64,000 nucleotides of DNA, taken from assembly GCA_002269645.1 (NCBI GenBank), contig NIVC01001407.1, positions 124,001-188,000 of the forward strand, written 5' to 3'. Shown here in pieces: positions 60,496 to 64,000 of this stretch. The notes under the pieces are model-generated. The model worked only from the letters and a program-made list of their open reading frames with translations. It did no database searches and was not told the origin of the DNA. The DNA is from Macrostomum lignano (Eukaryota). A program made the position numbers and the translations under genes. Every line of letters starts with the position of its first letter. Within the stretch, counting starts at the first letter, position 1.

Positions 60496-63400
60496 TCTCG
60501 TATTGGCATAGGCTCGGAGAACACATTGCGCCTGAAATTGTAGTTTTTGCGCGTGTTTTTACTTTTAGTAGTGCATTAGGAAAGGCAGCTGTGCATTCAT
60601 TCATGTTTCATTTTCTTTATTGAGTAGGTTGTTTTTAGAGCTCATGTACGCTCGTAGTTATTTCCGTGTTGAAACAGCATCAAACCGATTCATGGAAAAT
60701 GATTCCGATAAAGTCATATTAGTTTATGTCCAAATATTATTTTAATGGGCATTCTTAGACAAGCGATATATTTTATCTGTACATAATATCGGAAGACTAT
60801 TTGACAATGCAATAACATTAATTTTACAGCGTAGATAAAAAATAAATAAAACTCTTTACAAGTTACGCAAAAGTTAACTTTTAATGTGAAGTCCACTTCG
60901 TTAGTTAATACGATAAAAATGAAAACGTATGGAAAGAGTTTTATACGTCAACTTACCTTAGCTTACCTTTTACACATTGTTACTTCCTTTTAAACACTTT
61001 TGTCCCATCATTGTCCCCGGTGGTTTGAAAGGGTGTTACCGGTTTGGAAAATGTGTTAACCGGTTTGGAGTGTTTACCGGTTTGGAAAGAGTGTTTACCG
61101 GTTTGGAAAGAGTGTTTGCAGGTTTGGAAATAGTGTTTACTGATTTGGAAAGTTTTTACCGATTTGGAAAGAGTGTTTACTGATTTGGAAAGAGTGTTTA
61201 CTGATTTGGAAAGAGTGTTTACCGGTTTGGAAAGAGTGTTTACCGGTTTGGAAAGGGTGTTTACTGATTTTGAAAGGGTGTTTACCGGTTTGGAAAGAGT
61301 GTTTGCCGGTTTGGAAAGAGTGTTTACTGATTTGGAAAGAGTGTTTACTGGTTTGGAAAGAGTCTTTACCGGTTTCGAGAGGTAATAGGAACCGCATAAA
61401 TCATGAAAATTACTAACAACACCTGACAATTGCCAGTGACAAAAGTGACTCACCCGGTTCGCACACGAAATTGATGTCGGTAACATTGTGAAATCCGTCG
61501 CATTTGCACCGCATCGTACCGGTGTGGTTCTGGTACTTGTCGTGCACACACTTGTAGTCAATGCTTTGTCCCAGCTGTACCACCGAATTCAAGCTGACAT
61601 TCTCAAACGTGAACTTGCCGCACTGAATGCACACTGGCGGAGTCACCTGTGAGATGCTACTGTCGTAATTGTGATTGTCTCTTAGCTGACAGGTGCTTGG
61701 ATTGGCGCACGACTCTCTAATGCTGACGATTTTCCAATCGCTGGGACCCGAGTTGCATTTCTTAATGATGTACACCGAGTCGCTGCATTGAAACGTTGGC
61801 GAGCATTTGAACTGCAGTTTATCGCCGTCTTCATACAGTTCGGAGTAGTTCCGACCAACAAGTTCGGCACCTTCGGGCACCGTCAGGCTGGAGTTGGTGC
61901 AGGGCTTTTTCTCGCACACAGTTTGCGGATTGAACCCGGACGGGATGCCAACCAGGGTTCGGTTTGTCAAGCAGTCCAAGACGATGTCGCGCGTTTCATT
62001 GCCCGCCATTAGGACCTGCTGGTGAAGATTTTCGGCTGCTAACTGCCTGTTCAGCATCCAATGTGGATGGCAGGTGATGTTGCACTGGCCCACGGGCTGG
62101 TACTTCTTCTCCGTGCTGTTCTCAGATGAGTAGTACTTGCCGGAGTGGCAGCTGTTTGAGCCCAAACCGGTGTGGGTGGTGGGACAATGTTCTGGAAGGA
62201 GATTAAAACTAATTAGGTATATTAGTTGCTTGTTACTAGGTGTCATTATTAGTGAGTTAGCTACTAGTTCACAGGGGGCTCTCTGAGCACAGACGCAAAT
62301 CAGGACGACAGTCGACCCCAGGCGAGCGAAGAGGCCCTCCGTAGGGCCCTGCTTGGACTCAACCTCAAAAAGATCAGGGTGCATGGTGACCACGGCCATC
62401 TCGGGTGTTTTCTGTGTGGCCAGGCATCGGTCATGCCTCTCCAGAGAAAAATCTAAAGTGAGGACTACTCTTTCTGCCTCTCTGGTGTCGAGAATGCAGA
62501 GCACTACTTCATCTGTGAATGCCCCGCCTTTACTCAGGACAGGCTCACCTACCTCGACTTAACCTCGGACCTCTCCAACGTTTTCAGGCCCGAGAATCTC
62601 TGCCAGCTCGTCCCGCTACCTAAGGGTTACGGTCGAGCGACCATCCACTTCCAGGACTCTCCGGAGGGGGACCGCGCTACGGACACTGCAGCACCAACTG
62701 CCCGTGGTCGCCAGGGGTCAGCAGAATGAGCGCCAACGCCTCCCTGCTGCATCCGGATGCAGCTAATTCTAAGACCACGCAACACGCATACGGATAGCTA
62801 CGCAGGCACGCGCTCATGCAGGGTGTACAGCGGCCCTAACTACTCATGCAGGGTGTACAGCGGCCCTAACTACTCATGCAGGGTGTACAGCGGCCCTAAC
62901 TACTCATGCAGGGTGTACAGCGGCCCTAACTACTCATGCAGGGTGTACAGCGGCCCTAACTATCTCATCCCCAGGTAGTGTACACCCTCGGGCATTTTAA
63001 GAGGCTATCTATTTCGATTTATCCGGTTTGTATCTACGCTTGTAATTATAAAATCGATGCAAATCACCATCGCAGCTGAACTCCCAGGCGTTGATATCCC
63101 AGCCCGCGCAGGTGCACACGGCTCTGTCCTTGCCAGCGGTGGAGTTGCGAAAGTAAGGCGGCTTACAACTGAAGGTCACGTTGCCACCGGCTGGAAATCG
63201 GACGTCTGAAAAATCGATATTTATGTATCATGAACGGGTTTTATATTACACTATCAAACTGAAAAGTCCCACGACTTTCTTACTTGAGACGTTGGATAAC
63301 TCCGGATGCAGGGTAACCAATTGGCTGCAATAAAATATACATTTTCAACTGTATTTGATGCTGTAGTGACTTTGACTGTAGTGACCACTAAAACTAATTC

Positions 63401-63540
63401 ACTTACAGAAACTGGGCATCAAAACTAGCATTATGCATGTTGTAGCCAAGAGTTATCGAAGCATTTCGAGTGTTTCTAAGCTGGTCTATCAAGGATTGAA
63501 TGTCGCTGCCATAACAGGAAGGCTTGAAGCACATCAAACT
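60496..63540 (-). CDS. Internal exons of a Sushi/CCP-domain, Cys-rich extracellular protein (both ends unresolved)
   Basis: Phase-compatible exons 63407-63540, 63284-63324, 63068-63205 (RFPAGGNVTFSCKPPY..AVCTCAGW..SC), 61454-62191 (YEDGDKLQFKC; LGQSIDYKC..GTMRC) and a possible 36-nt exon 60496-60531; phase 1-1 modules. The 5' third of tracked ORF 61413-62504 is intronic. Confidence 0.75.
61030..61378. repeat. 21-bp minisatellite (GGTTTGGAAAGAGTGTTTACC)n
   Basis: Directly visible; intronic. Confidence 0.92.
62275..62845 (+). mobile_element. 3' fragment of an I/R1-group LINE (C-terminal zinc knuckle), intronic and antisense
   Basis: RRALLGLNL..ISGVFCVARH.. and CLSGVENAEHYFICECPAFTQDRLTYL (ETxEHxLCxCPA-type motif), frameshifted. 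Confidence 0.6.
62813..62963. repeat. 30-bp tandem repeat x5 (CATGCAGGGTGTACAGCGGCCCTAACTACT)
   Basis: Directly visible; a monomer-like copy lies at ~63865-63893. Confidence 0.93.
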
Positions 63541-64000
63541 CTGAAACAGTTAAGGACAAATGACTGGTGATAGATTGCAGCAATTAAACCCCACAGCACC
63601 CACACCCACAGCCCCAACTCAACCCGCACCCCTCACAGCACCCAGCACCCTAAATCAACGCTCGTCTTTTACACTCGCAATTAATATAAATGTTTTTGGA
63701 GCTGACATGGGGAAACCTTTTTTTTATTAGAGGCAGGTGGGTTGTGTGCACCGTGGCGCACTTTAAGCGACATTGGCACACAACCGGCGAGAGGCATTGC
63801 TGCCCATTCCGCCGACTCCCCTGAGCAGGCATACAAGCGCGCGGATACGTACGCAGGCACACACTCACACAGGAGTGTACAGCGGCCCTAACTTTATATT
63901 ATCGTTAGGCATGTACACTTCACTGCGCCTTGAGGGGTTGGCTCTCAAGGCCGTTAACTGCACGAGCAGAGCCAAGCCGGGATTCCAATTCAGCCCCAAA

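Overview
Animal genomic DNA (GT-AG introns, iGluR, Ly6 and Sushi genes, a (TTAGGG)n tract). The RTE-LINE motifs suggest a lophotrochozoan, possibly a flatworm such as Macrostomum, but that is inference only. All annotation was done by hand. Host genes, all on the minus strand: a complete 12-exon ionotropic glutamate receptor-like gene with an aberrant M3 gate motif (188-6459), a GPI-type Ly6/three-finger gene, an intronless divergent RPS24 copy, an intronless Regnase/Zc3h12-type NYN RNase, and several exons of a Sushi/CCP protein. Most of 11.5-60 kb is nested transposons. The standout is an apparently young 11,180-bp Mutator-like element (11592-22771) with a perfect 9-bp TSD and >2-kb TIRs containing 89-bp tandem arrays (8 vs 14 copies). 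It carries a spliced 3-exon gene of about 1106 aa that fuses a zinc-finger/MULE DDE transposase to a USP-like (peptidase C19-type) cysteine protease with an apparently complete Cys/His/Asp set, plus a convergent coiled-coil ORF. Also present: two different Chapaev transposons (RAG1-like N-terminal zinc finger; one intact, one with a single frameshift), head-to-tail Helitron-like elements inserted at an A|T inside a SINE, and hAT, CACTA-like, P-like and Harbinger non-autonomous elements, LINE fragments and long micro/minisatellites.
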